Shown here piece after piece: positions 62,594 to 64,000 of a stretch of DNA of 64,000 nt (the stretch's first letter is position 1; each line of letters starts with the position of its first letter). Location of the stretch: assembly GCF_036676645.1 (NCBI RefSeq), contig NZ_JAKFCM010000018.1, positions 5,680 through 69,679 of the forward strand, in the 5' to 3' direction. The DNA is from Ramlibacter sp. (GTDB taxonomy: Bacteria > Pseudomonadota > Gammaproteobacteria > Burkholderiales > Burkholderiaceae_C). A program made the translations under genes and the position numbers. The notes beneath the pieces are model-generated. The model had not been told where the DNA came from. It saw only the letters and a list, made by a program, of their open reading frames with translations, and ran no database searches.

Positions 62594-62634
62594 CCGCCCG
62601 TCCCCGCGCGAGCGGGTGGCGACCGGCCCGTCGC

Positions 62635-63546
62635 TCAGTGCCGGTGGCCCCAGAGCAGGAACGCGTCGCGGCCCTCCACGGCCAGGTGCACTTCGGCGCC
62701 GACCGGCAGCGCGACCTTGGTGGGCACATGGCCGAACGGCAGGGCGGTGAAGACCGGCGCGCGCACCTGGCTGCGCAGCCAGTCGATCACCGTGCCGAGC
62801 TTGAACCCCTTGTCGTGCGGCGCCGGCTTGTAGTTGGTGAAGTGGCCGAAGACGATGGCCTTCTGCCGGCCCAGCACGCCGGCGTACAGCAGCTGCGTCA
62901 GCATGCGTTCCACGCGGTAGGGGTGCTCGTGCACGTCCTCGATGAACAGGATGCCGCCTTCGATGCGCGGCAGCCAGGGCGTGCCGGCCAGCGTGACCAG
63001 GATCGCCAGGTTGCCGCCCCACAGCACGCCGTGCACGGGGCGCATGGCCTCGACCCGCTCGGACACCGGCAGCCGCCAGCCGGCGCCCTCGCCCTGCCCG
63101 CTCACCAGGTCGCCGAAGCAGGCCTGCATCACCTCGTCGGGCTCGCCCTCGGTGCCGAAGTCCTCGCCGACCGCCGGGCCGGCCCAGGTCACGGTCCCGG
63201 TCCTGGCCAGCACCGCGCACTGGAACGCGGTGAAGTCGCTCAGGCCGACCCAGCGCATGCCCTTGCGCACCGACTGGTCGATCGCCTTGTACGGCAGTCG
63301 CGGCAGCAAGCGGGTCAGCCCGTAGCCCCCGCGCGTGATCAGCGCGACGTCGGCGCCGCTGGCGGCGGCGCGGCCGATCGCCGCCAGGCGCGTGTCGTCG
63401 TCGCCGGCAAAGCGCATGTGGGTGGCGAAGGTCGCCGGATCCAGTTCGACCTCGTGGCCAGCGGCCTTCAGCCGTGCGATGCCGCGCCGCACGGCGGCCT
63501 TGTCGCGCACGGCGCTGGATGGGGAGTAGACGTAGATGTGGCTCAT
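62635..63546 (-). CDS. ldcA: LD-carboxypeptidase (muramoyltetrapeptide carboxypeptidase family)
   Basis: 303 aa from ATG 63546 (MSHIYVYSPSS). Motifs are TRGGYG, the nucleophile region GLSDFTA, and a C-terminal FGH. Confidence 0.8.
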   Translation of the reverse strand: MSHIYVYSPSSAVRDKAAVRRGIARLKAAGHEVELDPATFATHMRFAGDDDTRLAAIGRAAASGADVALITRGGYGLTRLLPRLPYKAIDQSVRKGMRWVGLSDFTAFQCAVLARTGTVTWAGPAVGEDFGTEGEPDEVMQACFGDLVSGQGEGAGWRLPVSERVEAMRPVHGVLWGGNLAILVTLAGTPWLPRIEGGILFIEDVHEHPYRVERMLTQLLYAGVLGRQKAIVFGHFTNYKPAPHDKGFKLGTVIDWLRSQVRAPVFTALPFGHVPTKVALPVGAEVHLAVEGRDAFLLWGHRH

Positions 63547-64000
63547 CAGGCGTGGAAGTATCCCACTGCCTGTCGCGCCACCGCGTCGCCGTGCTCCGGC
63601 ACGAAGTGCCCGCCCTGCTCCACCCGCATCGGCTCGGGGCAGCCGCGGATCTCCTGGCGCAGCGCCTGCATCACCGGCACGCCGAGCACGGGGTCCTGCA
63701 CGCCGATCGCCATCAGGCTGCGGCCCTGCCACTCGTTGCGCCAGAACGTGCGTGCGCGCCGCGACACTTCTGCGCCCTCGGAGTCGGGCCGTTCCGGCAC
63801 CATGGCCGGAAAGGCGCGCAGCGCCGCGCGGTGGCCCCGATCGGGGAAAGGCGCGTCGTAGGCCGCGCACTCCTGCGCCGTCATGTGCGGATTGCCGCGC
63901 GCGAACAGCCGGCCGACGCCGAACTCGGGGTTCTTCGCGCACATTTCGCGCCAGGCGACAAAGCCCGGGCTGAGCGGCGCGTCGCCGGTGGCCAGCAGGG
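63546..64000 (-). CDS. Haloalkane-dehalogenase-like alpha/beta hydrolase, C-terminal part (gene continues beyond the window end)
   Basis: The C-terminus ..MQALRQEIRGCPEPMRVEQGGHFVPEHGDAVARQAVGYF resembles the DhlA-type C-terminus as I recall it. The frame stays open to position 64000, and the stop overlaps the ldcA start. Confidence 0.7.
   Translation of the reverse strand, partial: LLATGDAPLSPGFVAWREMCAKNPEFGVGRLFARGNPHMTAQECAAYDAPFPDRGHRAALRAFPAMVPERPDSEGAEVSRRARTFWRNEWQGRSLMAIGVQDPVLGVPVMQALRQEIRGCPEPMRVEQGGHFVPEHGDAVARQAVGYFHA

Overview
High-GC proteobacterial chromosome segment (roughly 65-70% G+C by eye). Gene content and synteny look like Betaproteobacteria/Burkholderiales, possibly Comamonadaceae, but that is inference only. 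I can support about 60 protein-coding genes and found no tRNA, rRNA, CRISPR array, IS element, integrase or prophage signature. Most of the window is ordinary core or metabolic DNA. In order it holds: a sensor-kinase module (226-4572); a long plus-strand acyl-CoA/beta-oxidation supercluster with an embedded Liv-type ABC importer (4685-22579); housekeeping genes (ogt, tex, ygfZ, and the conserved mltG-tmk-holB-pilZ-tatD block); a TetR-controlled tripartite ABC efflux operon (38400-43582); a seven-gene minus-strand ECF sigma/anti-sigma envelope cluster (43615-48308); a LysR-controlled CoA-transferase/acyl-CoA dehydrogenase/hydratase/PrpD-like/TRAP cluster resembling the itaconate-degradation locus (49047-57771); and an ftsH paralog followed by a PLD-VTT fusion. 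The best candidates for something undescribed are three. (1) The first operon pairs a LuxI/FeeM-like GNAT acyltransferase, broken at an A8 run, with a six-helix membrane-embedded hybrid kinase (HK-REC-REC-HPt) and a REC-HK protein, which reads like a signal synthase/receptor phosphorelay. (2) The ECF cluster has two identical-geometry promoter motifs (GAACAT-N13-TCGTTTCA) in front of two secreted small proteins, one predicted to mature with an N-terminal His-Cys. (3) A 157-bp element with 31-bp G-tract/CTAG inverted repeats sits between the ABC binding-protein gene and the permease gene and abuts an SD-less TTG start. All family assignments come from motif recognition in the supplied translations, because no database search was possible.
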